Assembly: GCA_964016885.1 (NCBI GenBank)
Contig: OZ024741.1
Location: 256,184,001 to 256,248,000, forward strand
DNA length: 64,000 bases
DNA from: Eledone cirrhosa
Lineage: Eukaryota
Reading direction: 5' to 3'
Both the position numbers and the translations under genes were made by a program. The notes beneath the pieces are model-generated. The model ran no database searches. It was not told where the DNA came from and worked only from the letters and a program-made list of their open reading frames with translations. This document shows positions 43,086 to 57,200 of this stretch, one piece after another; position 1 is the first letter of the stretch, and every line of letters starts with the position of its first letter.

Positions 43086-43154
43086 AAATAACAAATAGAC
43101 GCAGTTTCAAATCTCTATGCTTTTCAAATTCATTACATTAATCTTTATTTATAC
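43086..43154. repeat. 69-bp element copy 17 (variant GACGCAG, counterpart of copy 4)
   Basis: Same G>A as 14297-14365. Confidence 0.97.
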
Positions 43155-44643
43155 GTTTCGCTTTACGATGTTTCGACTTACGAGTGTTTCGACATACGAG
43201 TGTTTCGGCTTACGAGTGTTTTGATTTACGAGTGTTTTGACTTACGGGTGCTTCGACTTACGCGTGTTTTGACTTACGAGTGTTTCGACTTACGAGTGTT
43301 TCGACTTACGAGTGTTTCGGCTTACGAGTGTTTTGACTTACGAATGTTTTGACTTACGATTGTTTCGGCTTACGGGTGTTTCGACTTACGAATGTTTTTG
43401 CTTACGAGTGTTTCGGCTTACGAGTGTTTCGGCTTATGAGTGTTTCGAATTACGAGTGTTTTGACTTACGGGTGTTTTGACATACGAGTGTTTCGATACG
43501 ATTGTTCTGACTTACGAGTGTTTCCGCTTACGAGTGTTTCGGCTTACGAGTGTTTCGACTTACTAATGTTTTTACTTACGAGTGTTTCGGTGTACGAGTG
43601 TTTCGACTTAAGGATGTTTCGACTTACGAGTGTTTCGACTTACGAGTGTTTCGACTTACGAGTGTTTCGACTTACGAGTGTTTTGGCTTACGAATGTTTT
43701 GACTTACGGGTGTTTCGACTTACGAGTATTTCGGCTTAAGAGTGTTTCGACGTACGAATGTTTTGGCTTACGAGTGTTTCGGCTTATGAGTGTTTCGGCT
43801 TACGAGTGTTTCGACTTACGAGTGTTTCGGCTTACGAGTGTTTCAGTGTTTCGGCTTACGTGTGTTTCGACTTACGAGTGTTTCGACTTACGACTGTTTC
43901 GGCTTACGAGTGTTTCGGCTTACGAGTGTTTCGGCTTACGAGTGTTTTGACTTACGATTGTTTGGCTTACGAGTGTTCTGACTTACGGGTGTTCTGACTT
44001 ACGGGTGTTCCGACTTACGAGTGTTTCGGCTTATGAGGGTTTCGACTTACGAGTGTTTCGACTTACGAGTGTTTCGGCTTACGAGTGTTTCGACTTACGA
44101 GTGTTCTGACTTACGACTGTTTCGGCTTACGAGTGTTTCGGCTTACGAGTGTTTCGGCTTACGAGTGTTTTGACTTACGATTGTTTGGCTTACGAGTGTT
44201 CTGACTTACGGGTGTTCTGACTTACGGGTGTTCCGACTTACGAGTGTTACGGCTTATGAGGGTTTCGACTTACGAGTGTTTCGACTTACGAGTGTTTCGG
44301 CTTACGAGTGTTTCGACTTACGAGTGTTCTGACTTACGAGTGTTCTGACTTACGAGTGTTCTTACTTACGAGTGTTCCGACTTACGAGTGTTCCGACTTA
44401 CGAGTGTTTCGGCTTACGAGTGTTTCGGCTTACGAGTGTTTCGACTTACGAATGTTTCGACTTACGAGTGTTCCGACTTACGGGTGTTTCGACTTACGAG
44501 TGTTTTGGCTTACGGTGTTTCGGCTTACGAGTGTTTCGAGTTACGAGTGTTTTGACTTACACGTGTTTTGACATACGAGTGTTTCGACTTTACGAGTGTT
44601 TCGGCTCACGATTGTTTCGAATTACGAGTGTTTCGACTTACGA

Positions 44644-44712
44644 AAATAACAAATAGACGCGGTTTCAAATCTCTATGCTTTTCAAATTCATTACATTAAT
44701 CTTTATTTATAC
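44644..44712. repeat. 69-bp element copy 18
   Basis: Direct match. Confidence 0.97.
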
Positions 44713-46138
44713 GTTTCGCTTTACGATGTTTCGACTTACGAGTGTTTCGACATACGAGTGTTTCGGCTTACGAGTGTTTTGATTTACGAGTGTTTTGACT
44801 TACGGGTGCTTCGACTTACGCGTGTTTTGACTTACGAGTGTTTCGACTTACGAGTGTTTCGACTTACGAGTGTTTCGGCTTACGAGTGTTTTGACTTACG
44901 AATGTTTTGACTTACGATTGTTTCGGCTTACGGGTGTTTCGACTTACGAATGTTTTTGCTTACGAGTGTTTCGGCTTACGAGTGTTTCGGCTTATGAGTG
45001 TTTCGAATTACGAGTGTTTTGACTTACGGGTGTTTTGACATACGAGTGTTTCGATACGATTGTTCTGACTTACGAGTGTTTCCGCTTACGAGTGTTTCGG
45101 CTTACGAGTGTTTCGACTTACTAATGTTTTTACTTACGAGTGTTTCGGTGTACGAGTGTTTCGACTTAAGGATGTTTCGACTTACGAGTGTTTCGACTTA
45201 CGAGTGTTTCGACTTACGAGTGTTTCGACTTACGAGTGTTTTGGCTTACGAATGTTTTGACTTACGGGTGTTTCGACTTACGAGTGTTTCGGCTTATGAG
45301 TGTTTCGACTTACGGGCGTTTCGACTTACGAGTGTTTCGACTTACGAGTGTTTTGGCTTACGAATGTTTTGACTTACGGGTGTTTCGACTTACGAGTGTT
45401 TCGACTTATGAGTGTTTCGACTTACGAGTGTTTCGGCTTATGAGTGTTTCGACTTACGAGTGCTTCGGCTTACGAGTGTTTCGACTTACGAGTATTTCGG
45501 CTTACGAGTGTTTCGACGTACGAATGTTTTGGCTTACGAGTGTTTCGGCTTATGAGTGTTTCGGCTTACGAGTGTTTCAGTGTTTCGGCTTACGTGTGTT
45601 TCGACTTACGAGTGTTTCGACTTACGACTGTTTCGGCTTATGAGTGTTTCGGCTTACGAGTGTTTCGGCTTACGAGTGTTTTGACTTACGATTGTTTGGC
45701 TTACGAGTGTTCTGACTTACGGGTGTTCTGACTTACGGGTGTTCCGACTTACGAGTGTTTCGGCTTATGAGGGTTTCGACTTACGAGTGTTTCGACTTAC
45801 GAGTGTTTCGGCTTACGAGTGTTTCGACTTACGAGTGTTCTGACTTACGAGTGTTCTGACTTACGAGTGTTCTTACTTACGAGTGTTCCGACTTACGAGT
45901 GTTCCGACTTACGAGTGTTTCGGCTTACGAGTGTTTCGGCTTACGAGTGTTTCGACTTACGAATGTTTCGACTTACGAGTGTTCCGACTTACGGGTGTTT
46001 CGACTTACGAGTGTTTTGGCTTACGGTGTTTCGGCTTACGAGTGTTTCGAGTTACGAGTGTTTTGACTTACGAGTGTTCCGACTTTACGAGTGTTTCGGC
46101 TCACGAGTGTTTCGGCTTACGAGTGTTTCGACTTACGA

Positions 46139-46207
46139 AAATAACAAATAGACGCGGTTTCAAATCTCTATGCTTTTCAAATTCATTACATTAATCTTTA
46201 TTTATAC
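46139..46207. repeat. 69-bp element copy 19
   Basis: Direct match. Confidence 0.97.
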
Positions 46208-47903
46208 GTTTCGCTTTACGAGTGTTTCGACTTACGAGTGTTTCGACATACGAGTGTTTCGGCTTACGAGTGTTTTGATTTACGAGTGTTTTGACTTACG
46301 GGTGCTTCGACTTACGCGTGTTTCGACTTACGAGTGTTTCGACTTACGAGTGTTTCGACTTACGAGTGTTTCGGCTTACGAGTGTTTTGACTTACGAAGT
46401 TTTGACTTACGATTGTTTCAGCTTACGAGTGTTTCGACTTACGAGTGTTCTGACTACGAGTGTTCTGATTTACGGGTGTTCTGACTTACGAGTGTTCCGA
46501 CTTACGAGTGTTTCGGCTTATGAGTGTTTCGACTTACGAGTGCTTCGACTTACGAGTGTTTCGGCTTACGGGTGTTTCGACTTACGAATGTTTTTGCTTA
46601 CGAGTGTTTCGGCTTACGAGTGTTTCGGCTTATGAGTGTTTCGACTTACGAGTGTTTTGACTTACGGGTGTTTTGACATACGAGTGTTTCGATACGATTG
46701 TTCTGACTTACGAGTGTTTCCGCTTACGAGTGTTTCGGCTTACGAGTATTTCGACTTACTAATGTTTTTACTTACGAGTGTTTCGACTTAAGGATGTTTC
46801 GACTTACGAGTGTTTCGACTTACGAGTGTTTCGACTTACGAGTGTTTTGGCTTACGAATGTTTTGACTTACGGGTGTTTCGACTTACGAGTGTTTCGACT
46901 TATGAGTGTTTCGACTTACGAGTGTTTCGGCTTATGAGTGTTTCGACTTACGAGTGCTTCGGCTTACGAGTGTTTCGACTTACGAGTATTTCGGCTTAAG
47001 AGTGTTTCGACGTACGAATGTTTTGGCTTACGAGTGTTTCGGCTTATGAGTGTTTCGGCTTACGAGTGTTTCGACTTACGAGTGTTTCGGCTTACGAGTG
47101 TTTCAGTGTTTCGGCTTACGTGTGTTTCGACTTACGAGTGTTTCGACTTACGACTGTTTCGGCTTACGAGTGTTTCGGCTTACGAGTGTTTCGGCTTACG
47201 AGTGTTTTGACTTACGATTGTTTGGCTTACGAGTGTTCTGACTTACGGGTGTTCTGACTTACGGGTGTTCCGACTTACGAGTGTTTCGGCTTATGAGGGT
47301 TTCGACTTACGATTGTTTCGACTTACGAGTGTTTCGGCTTACGAGTGTTTCGACTTACGAGTGTTCTGACTTACGACTGTTTCGGCTTACGAGTGTTTCG
47401 GCTTACGAGTGTTTCGGCTTACGAGTGTTTTGACTTACGATTGTTTGGCTTACGAGTGTTCTGACTTACGGGTGTTCTGACTTACGGGTGTTCCGACTTA
47501 CGAGTGTTACGGCTTATGAGGGTTTCGACTTACGAGTGTTTCGACTTACGAGTGTTTCGGCTTACGAGTGTTTCGACTTACGAGTGTTCTGACTTACGAG
47601 TGTTCTGACTTACGAGTGTTCTTACTTACGAGTGTTCCGACTTACGAGTGTTCCGACTTACGAGTGTTTCGGCTTACGAGTGTTTCGGCTTACGAGTGTT
47701 TCGACTTACGAATGTTTCGACTTACGACTGTTCCGACTTACGGGTGTTTCGACTTACGAGTGTTTTGGCTTACGGTATTTCGGCTTACGAGTGTTTCGAG
47801 TTACGAGTGTTTTGACTTACACGTGTTTTGACATACGAGTGTTTCGACTTTACGAGTGTTTCGGCTCACGATTGTTTCGAATTACGAGTGTTTCGACTTA
47901 CGA

Positions 47904-47972
47904 AAATAACAAATAGACGCGGTTTCAAATCTCTATGCTTTTCAAATTCATTACATTAATCTTTATTTATAC
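47904..47972. repeat. 69-bp element copy 20
   Basis: Direct match. Confidence 0.97.
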
Positions 47973-49461
47973 GTTTCGCTTTACGATGTTTCGACTTACG
48001 AGTGTTTCGACATACGAGTGTTTCGGCTTACGAGTGTTTTGATTTACGAGTGTTTTGACTTACGGGTGCTTCGACTTACGCGTGTTTTGACTTACGAGTG
48101 TTTCGACTTACGAGTGTTTCGACTTACGAGTGTTTCGGCTTACGAGTGTTTTGACTTACGAATGTTTTGACTTACGATTGTTTCGGCTTACGGGTGTTTC
48201 GACTTACGAATGTTTTTGCTTACGAGTGTTTCGGCTTACGAGTGTTTCGGCTTATGAGTGTTTCGAATTACGAGTGTTTTGACTTACGGGTGTTTTGACA
48301 TACGAGTGTTTCGATACGATTGTTCTGACTTACGAGTGTTTCCGCTTACGAGTGTTTCGGCTTACGAGTGTTTCGACTTACTAATGTTTTTACTTACGAG
48401 TGTTTCGGTGTACGAGTGTTTCGACTTAAGGATGTTTCGACTTACGAGTGTTTCGACTTACGAGTGTTTCGACTTACGAGTGTTTCGACTTACGAGTGTT
48501 TTGGCTTACGAATGTTTTGACTTACGGGTGTTTCGACTTACGAGTATTTCGGCTTAAGAGTGTTTCGACGTACGAATGTTTTGGCTTACGAGTGTTTCGG
48601 CTTATGAGTGTTTCGGCTTACGAGTGTTTCGACTTACGAGTGTTTCGGCTTACGAGTGTTTCAGTGTTTCGGCTTACGTGTGTTTCGACTTACGAGTGTT
48701 TCGACTTACGACTGTTTCGGCTTACGAGTGTTTCGGCTTACGAGTGTTTCGGCTTACGAGTGTTTTGACTTACGATTGTTTGGCTTACGAGTGTTCTGAC
48801 TTACGGGTGTTCTGATTTACGGGTGTTCCGACTTACGAGTGTTTCGGCTTATGAGGGTTTCGACTTACGATTGTTTCGACTTACGAGTGTTTCGGCTTAC
48901 GAGTGTTTCGACTTACGAGTGTTCTGACTTACGACTGTTTCGGCTTACGAGTGTTTCGGCTTACGAGTGTTTCGGCTTACGAGTGTTTTGACTTACGATT
49001 GTTTGGCTTACGAGTGTTCTGACTTACGGGTGTTCTGACTTACGGGTGTTCCGACTTACGAGTGTTACGGCTTATGAGGGTTTCGACTTACGAGTGTTTC
49101 GACTTACGAGTGTTTCGGCTTACGAGTGTTTCGACTTACGAGTGTTCTGACTTACGAGTGTTCTGACTTACGAGTGTTCTTACTTACGAGTGTTCCGACT
49201 TACGAGTGTTCCGACTTACGAGTGTTTCGGCTTACGAGTGTTTCGGCTTACGAGTGTTTCGACTTACGAATGTTTCGACTTACGAGTGTTCCGACTTACG
49301 GGTGTTTCGACTTACGAGTGTTTTGGCTTACGGTGTTTCGGCTTACGAGTGTTTCGAGTTACGAGTGTTTTGACTTACACGTGTTTTGACATACGAGTGT
49401 TTCGACTTTACGAGTGTTTCGGCTCACGATTGTTTCGAATTACGAGTGTTTCGACTTACGA

Positions 49462-49530
49462 AAATAACAAATAGACGCGGTTTCAAATCTCTATGCTTTT
49501 CAAATTCATTACATTAATCTTTATTTATAC
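49462..49530. repeat. 69-bp element copy 21
   Basis: Direct match. Confidence 0.97.
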
Positions 49531-51019
49531 GTTTCGCTTTACGATGTTTCGACTTACGAGTGTTTCGACATACGAGTGTTTCGGCTTACGAGTGTTTTGA
49601 TTTACGAGTGTTTTGACTTACGGGTGCTTCGACTTACGCGTGTTTTGACTTACGAGTGTTTCGACTTACGAGTGTTTCGACTTACGAGTGTTTCGGCTTA
49701 CGAGTGTTTTGACTTACGAATGTTTTGACTTACGATTGTTTCGGCTTACGGGTGTTTCGACTTACGAATGTTTTTGCTTACGAGTGTTTCGGCTTACGAG
49801 TGTTTCGGCTTATGAGTGTTTCGAATTACGAGTGTTTTGACTTACGGGTGTTTTGACATACGAGTGTTTCGATACGATTGTTCTGACTTACGAGTGTTTC
49901 CGCTTACGAGTGTTTCGGCTTACGAGTGTTTCGACTTACTAATGTTTTTACTTACGAGTGTTTCGGTGTACGAGTGTTTCGACTTAAGGATGTTTCGACT
50001 TACGAGTGTTTCGACTTACGAGTGTTTCGACTTACGAGTGTTTCGACTTACGAGTGTTTTGGCTTACGAATGTTTTGACTTACGGGTGTTTCGACTTACG
50101 AGTATTTCGGCTTAAGAGTGTTTCGACGTACGAATGTTTTGGCTTACGAGTGTTTCGGCTTATGAGTGTTTCGGCTTACGAGTGTTTCGACTTACGAGTG
50201 TTTCGGCTTACGAGTGTTTCAGTGTTTCGGCTTACGTGTGTTTCGACTTACGAGTGTTTCGACTTACGACTGTTTCGGCTTACGAGTGTTTCGGCTTACG
50301 AGTGTTTCGGCTTACGAGTGTTTTGACTTACGATTGTTTGGCTTACGAGTGTTCTGACTTACGGGTGTTCTGACTTACGGGTGTTCCGACTTACGAGTGT
50401 TTCGGCTTATGAGGGTTTCGACTTACGAGTGTTTCGACTTACGAGTGTTTCGGCTTACGAGTGTTTCGACTTACGAGTGTTCTGACTTACGACTGTTTCG
50501 GCTTACGAGTGTTTCGGCTTACGAGTGTTTCGGCTTACGAGTGTTTTGACTTACGATTGTTTGGCTTACGAGTGTTCTGACTTACGGGTGTTCTGACTTA
50601 CGGGTGTTCCGACTTACGAGTGTTACGGCTTATGAGGGTTTCGACTTACGAGTGTTTCGACTTACGAGTGTTTCGGCTTACGAGTGTTTCGACTTACGAG
50701 TGTTCTGACTTACGAGTGTTCTGACTTACGAGTGTTCTTACTTACGAGTGTTCCGACTTACGAGTGTTCCGACTTACGAGTGTTTCGGCTTACGAGTGTT
50801 TCGGCTTACGAGTGTTTCGACTTACGAATGTTTCGACTTACGAGTGTTCCGACTTACGGGTGTTTCGACTTACGAGTGTTTTGGCTTACGGTGTTTCGGC
50901 TTACGAGTGTTTCGAGTTACGAGTGTTTTGACTTACACGTGTTTTGACATACGAGTGTTTCGACTTTACGAGTGTTTCGGCTCACGATTGTTTCGAATTA
51001 CGAGTGTTTCGACTTACGA

Positions 51020-51088
51020 AAATAACAAATAGACGCGGTTTCAAATCTCTATGCTTTTCAAATTCATTACATTAATCTTTATTTATAC
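51020..51088. repeat. 69-bp element copy 22
   Basis: Direct match. Confidence 0.97.
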
Positions 51089-54000
51089 GTTTCGCTTTAC
51101 GATGTTTCGACTTACGAGTGTTTCGACATACGAGTGTTTCGGCTTACGAGTGTTTCGACTTACGAGTGTTTCGGCTTACGAGTGTTTTGACTTACGAATG
51201 TTTTGACTTACGATTGTTTCGGCTTACGGGTGTTTCGACTTACGAATGTTTTTGCTTACGAGTGTTTCGGCTTATGAGTGTTTCGACTTACGAGTGTTTT
51301 GACTTACGGGTGTTTTGACATACGAGTGTTTCGATACGATTGTTCTGACTTACGAGTGTTTCCGCTTACGAGTGTTTCGGCTTACGAGTGTTTCGACTTA
51401 CTAATGTTTTTACTTACGAGTGTTTCGGTGTACGAGTGTTTCGACTTAAGGATGTTTCGACTTACGATTGTTTCGGCTTACGAGTGTTCTGACTACGAGT
51501 GTTCTGACTTACGGGTGTTCTGACTTACGAGTGTTCCGACTTACGAGTGTTTCGGCTTATGAGTGTTTCGACTTACGAGTGCTTCGACTTACGAGTGTTT
51601 CGGCTTACGGGTGTTTCGACTTACGAATGTTTTTGCTTACGAGTGTTTCGGCTTATGAGTGTTTCGACTTACGAGTGTTTTGACTTACGGGTGTTTTGAC
51701 ATACGAGTGTTTCGACTTACGAGTATTTCGGCTTACGAGTGTTTCGACGTACGAATGTTTTGGCTTACGAGTGTTTCGGCTTATGAGTGTTTCGGCTTAC
51801 GAGTGTTTCGACTTACGAGTGTTTCGGCTTACGAGTGTTTCAGTGTTTCGGCTTACGAGTGTTTCGACTTACGAGTGTTTCGACTTACGACTGTTTCCGC
51901 TTACGAGTGTTTTGACTTACGATTGTTTGGCTTACGAGTGTTCTGACTTACGGGTGTTTTGACTTACGATTGTTTGGCTTACGAGTGTTCTGACTTACGG
52001 GTGTTCTGACTTACGAGTGTTCCGACTTACGAGTGTTTCGGCTTATGAGGGTTTCGACTTACGAGTGCTTCGGCTTACGAGTGTTTCGACTTACGAGTGT
52101 TTCGGCTTACGAGTGTTTCGACTTACGAGTGTTTCGACTTACGAGTGTTTTGACTTACGGTGTTTCGGCTTACGAGTGTTTCGACATACGAGTGTTTTGA
52201 CGTACGGGTGTTTCGACTTACGGGTCTTTCGACTTACGAGTGTTTCGACTTACGAGCGCTTCGACTTACGAGTGTTTCGACTTACGAGTGTTTCGGCGTA
52301 TGAGTGTTTTGACTTACGAGTGTTTCGACTTACGAGTGTTTCGAATTACGAGTGTTTCGACTTACGAGTGTTTTGACTTACGAGTGTTTTGACTTACGGT
52401 GTTTGTGCTTACGAGTGTTTCGACTTACGAGTGTTATGACTTACGGGTGTTTTGACATACGAGTGTTTCGACTTACGAGTGTTTCGACATACGAGTGTTT
52501 CGGCTTACGAGTGTTTTGATTTACGAGTGTTTTGACTTACGGGTGCTTCGACTTACGCGTGTTTCGACTTACGAGTGTTTCGACTTATGAGTGTTTCGAC
52601 TCACGAGTGTTTCGGCTTACGAGTGTTTTGACTTACGAATGTTTTGACTTACGATTGTTTCGGCTTACGAGTGTTTCGACTTACGAGTGTTCTGACTACG
52701 AGTGTTCTGACTTACGGGTGTTCTGACTTACGAGTGTTCCGACTTACGAGTGTTTCGGCTTATGAGTGTTTCGACTTACGAGTGCTTCGATTTACGAGTG
52801 TTTCGGCTTACGGGTGTTTCGACTTACGAATGTTTTTGCTTACGAGTGTTTCGGCTTACGAGTGTTTCGGCTTATGAGTGTTTCGACTTACGAGTGTTTT
52901 GACTTACGGGTGTTTTGACATACGAGTGTTTCGATACGATTGTTCTGACTTACGAGTGTTTCCGCTTACGAGTGTTTCGGCTTACGAGTGTTTCGACTTA
53001 CTAATGTTTTTACTTGCGAGTGTTTCGGTGTACGAGTGTTTCGACTTAAGGATGTTTCGAATTACGAGTGTTTCGACTTACGAGTGTTTCGACTTACGAG
53101 TGTTTCGACTTACGAGTGTTTTGGCTTACGAATGTTTTGACTTACGGGTGTTTCGACTTACGAGTGTTTCGGCTTATGAGTGTTTCGACTTACGGGCGTT
53201 TCGACTTACGGGTGTTTCGACTTACGAGTGTTTTGGCTTACGAATGTTTTGACTTACGGGTGTTTCGACTTACGAGTGTTTCGACTTATGAGTGTTTCGA
53301 CTTACGAGTGTTTCGGCTTATGAGTGTTTCGACTTACGAGTGCTTCGGCTTACGAGTGTTTCGACTTACGAGTATTTCGGCTTACGAGTGTTTCGTCGTA
53401 CGAATGTTTTGGCTTACGAGTGTTTCGGCTTATGAGTGTTTCGGCTTACGAGTGTTTCGACTTACGAGTGTTTCGGCTTACGAGTGTTTCAGTGTTTCGG
53501 CTTACGTGTGTTTCGACTTACGATTGTTTGGCTTACGAGTGTTCTGACTTACGAGTATTCTTACTTACGAGTGTTCCGACTTACGAGTGTTTCGGCTTAC
53601 GAGTGTTTTGACTTACGATTGTTTGGCTTACGAGTGTTCTGACTTACGAGTGTTCCGACTTACGAGTGTTTCGGCTTATGAGGGTTTCGACTTACGAGTG
53701 CTTCGGCTTACGAGTGTTTCGACTTACGAGTGTTTCGGCTTACGAGTGTTTCGACTTACGAGTGTTCTGACTTACGAGTGTTCTGACTTACGAGTATTCT
53801 TACTTACGAGTGTTCCGACTTACGAGTGTTTCGGCTTACGAGTGTTTCGGCTTATGAGTGTTTCGACTTACGAGTGCTTCGGTTTACGAGTGTTTCGGCT
53901 TACGAGTGTTTTGACTTAAGGGTGTTTCGACTTACGAGTGTTTCGATACGAGTGTTTCGACTTACGAGTGTTTCGGCTTACGAGTGTTTCGACTTACGAG

Positions 54001-54207
54001 TGTTTCGACTTACGAGTGTTCCGATTTACGGGTGTTTCGACTTACGAGTGTTTTGGCTTACGGTGTTTCGACTTACGAGTGTTCTGACTTACGAGTGTTC
54101 TGACTTACGAGTGTTCTGACTTACGAGTGTTCTGACTTACGAGTGTTCCGACTTTACGAGTGTTTCGGCTCACGAGTGTTTCGGCTTACGAGTGTTTCGA
54201 CTTACGA

Positions 54208-54276
54208 AAATAACAAATAGACGCGGTTTCAAATCTCTATGCTTTTCAAATTCATTACATTAATCTTTATTTATAC
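54208..54276. repeat. 69-bp element copy 23
   Basis: Direct match. Confidence 0.97.
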
Positions 54277-57200
54277 GTTTCGCTTTACGAGTGTTTCGAC
54301 TTACGAGTGTTTCGACATACGAGTGTTTCGACTTACGAATGTTTTTGCCTACGGGTGTTTCGACTTACGAATGTTTTTGCTTACGAGTGTTTCGGTTTAC
54401 GAGTGTTCCGACTTACGAGTGTTCCGACTTACGAGTGTTTCGGCTTACGAGTGTTTCCGGCTTACGAGTGTTTCAACTTACAAGTGTTCTGACTTACGAG
54501 TGTTCTGATTTACGGATGTTTCGACACACGAGTGTTTCGAATTACGAGTGTTTCGACTTACGAGTGTTTTGACTTACGGGTGTTTTGACATACGAGTGTT
54601 TCGATACGAGTGTTTCGACTTACGATTGTTCTGACTTACGAGTGTTCTGATTTACGGATGTTTCGACATACGAGTGTTTCGACTTACGAGTGTTTCGACT
54701 TATGAGTGTTTCGACTTACGAGTGTTTCGGCTTACGAGTGTTTCGACTTACGAGTGTTTTGACTTACGGTGTTTCGGCTTACGAGTGTTTCGACTTACGA
54801 GTGTTTTGACTTACGGGTGTTTTGACATACGAGTGTTTCGATACGAGTGTTCTGACTTACGAGTGTTCTGACTTACGAGTGTTTTGACTTACGAGTGTTC
54901 TGACTTACGGGTGTTTCGTCTTACGAGTATGTTTGGCTTACGAGTGTTTCGACTTACGAGTGTTTTGACTTACGAGTGTTCTGATTTACGGATGTTTCGA
55001 CATACGAGTGTTTCGACTTACGAGTGTTTCGACTTATGAGTGTTTCGACTTACGAGTGTTTCGGCTTACGAGTGTTTCGACTTACGAGTGTTTTGACTTA
55101 CGGGTGTTTTGACATACGAGTGTTTCGATACGAGTGTTCTGACTTACGAGTGTTCTGACTTACGAGTGTTTTGACTTACGAGTGTTCTGACTTACGAGTG
55201 TTCCGACTTACGAGTGTTCCGACTTACGAGTGTTTCGGCTTACGAGTGTTTCCGGCTTACGAGTGTTTCGACTTCCGAGTGTTTTGACTTACGGTGTTTC
55301 GGCTTACGAGTGATTCGACTTACGAGTGTTTTGACTTACGGGTGATTTGACTTACGGGTGTTGTGAATTACGAGTGTTCCGATTTACGAGTGTTTTGACT
55401 TACGGTGTTTCGGCTTACGAGTGATTCGACTTACGAATGTTTTGACTTACGGGTGTTTCGGCTTGCGAGTGTTTCGACTTACGAGTGTTTCGGCTTATGG
55501 GTGTTTCGACTTACTAATGTTTTTACTTACGAGTGTTTCGGCGTACGAGTGTTTTGACTTACGAGTGTTTCGACTTACGAGTGTTTCGACTTAAGAGTGT
55601 TTCGGCTTACGTGAGTTTCGACTTAAGAGTGTTCTGATTTACGAGTGTTCTGACTTGCGGGTGTTCTGATTTACGAGTGTTCCGACTTACGAGTGTTTCG
55701 GCTTATTAGTGTTTCGACTTACGAGTGTTTCGGCTTACGAGTGTTTCGACTTATGGGTGTTTCGACTTACGAGTGTTTTTACTTACGGTGTTTCGGCTTA
55801 CGAGTGTTTCGACATACGAGTGTTTTGACTTACGGGTGTTTCGACTTACGAGTGTTTTGACTTACGAATGTTTTGACTTACGGGTGTTTCGGCTTACGAG
55901 TGTTTCGACTTACGAGTGTTTCGGCTTACGAGTGTTTCGACTTACTAATGTTCTTACTTACGAGTGTTTCGGCGTACGAGAGTTTTGACTTACGAGTGTT
56001 TCGACTTACGAGTGTTTCGACTTACGAGTGTTTTGACTTACGAATGTTTTGACTTACGGGTGTTTCGGCTGACGAGTGTTTCGACTTACGAGTCTTTCGG
56101 CTTACGAGTGTTTCGACTTACTAATGTTTTTACTTACGAGTGTTTCGGCGTACGAGTGTTTCGACTTACGAGTGTTTCGACTTACGGGTGTTTTGACTTA
56201 AGGGTGTTTCGACTTACGAGTATTTTTGGCTTACGAGTGTTTCGACTTACGAGTGTTTTGACTTACGAGTGTTCTGATTTACGGATGTTTCGACATACGA
56301 GTGTTTCGACTTACGAGTGTTTCGACTTATGAGTGTTTCGACTTACGAGTGTTTCGGCTTATGAGTGTTTCGACTTACGAGTGTTTCGACTTACGAGTGT
56401 TTCGACTTACGAGTGTTTCGACTTACGAGTGTTTTGCCTTACGAATGTTTTGACTTACGGGTGTTTCGAAATACGAGTGTTTCGGCTTATGAGTGTTTCG
56501 ACTTACGGGCGTTTCGACTTACGGGTGTTTCGACTTACGAGTGTTTTGGCTTACGAATGTTTTGACTTACGGGTGTTTCGACTTACGAGTGTTTCGACTT
56601 ATGAGTGTTTCGACTTACGAGTGCTTCGGCTTATGAGTGTTTCGACTTACGAGTGCTTCGGCTTACGAGTGTTTCGACTTACGAGTATTTCGGCTTACGA
56701 TTGTTTCGACGTACGAATGTTTTGGCTTACGAGTGTTTCGGCTTATGAGTGTTTCGGCTTACGAGTGTTTCGACTTACGAGTGTTTCGGCTTACGAGTGT
56801 TTCAGTGTTTCGGCTTACGTGTGTTTCGACTTACGAGTGTTTCGACTTACGACTGTTTCGGCTTACGAGTGTTTCGGCTTACGAGTGTTTCGGCTTACGA
56901 GTGTTTTGACTTACGATTGTCTGGCTTACGAGTGTTCTGACTTACGGGTGTTCTGACTTACGAGTGTTCCGACTTACGAGTGTTTCGGCTTATGAGGGTT
57001 TCGACTTACGAGTGCTTCGGCTTACGAGTGTTTCGACTTACGAGTGTTTCGGCTTACGAGTGTTTCGACTTACGAGTGTTTTGACTTACGGTGTTTCGGC
57101 TTACGAGTGTTTCGACATACGAGTGTTTTGACGTACGGGTGTTTCGACTTACGGGTCTTTCGACTTAAGAGTGTTTCCACTTACGAGCGCTTCGACTTAC

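Larger units (their letters stand above)
39970..44643. repeat. 1,558-bp HOR, 3 full units
   Basis: Elements at 39970, 41528, 43086 and 44644. Confidence 0.95.
47904..51019. repeat. 1,558-bp HOR, 2 full units
   Basis: Elements at 47904, 49462 and 51020. Confidence 0.95.
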
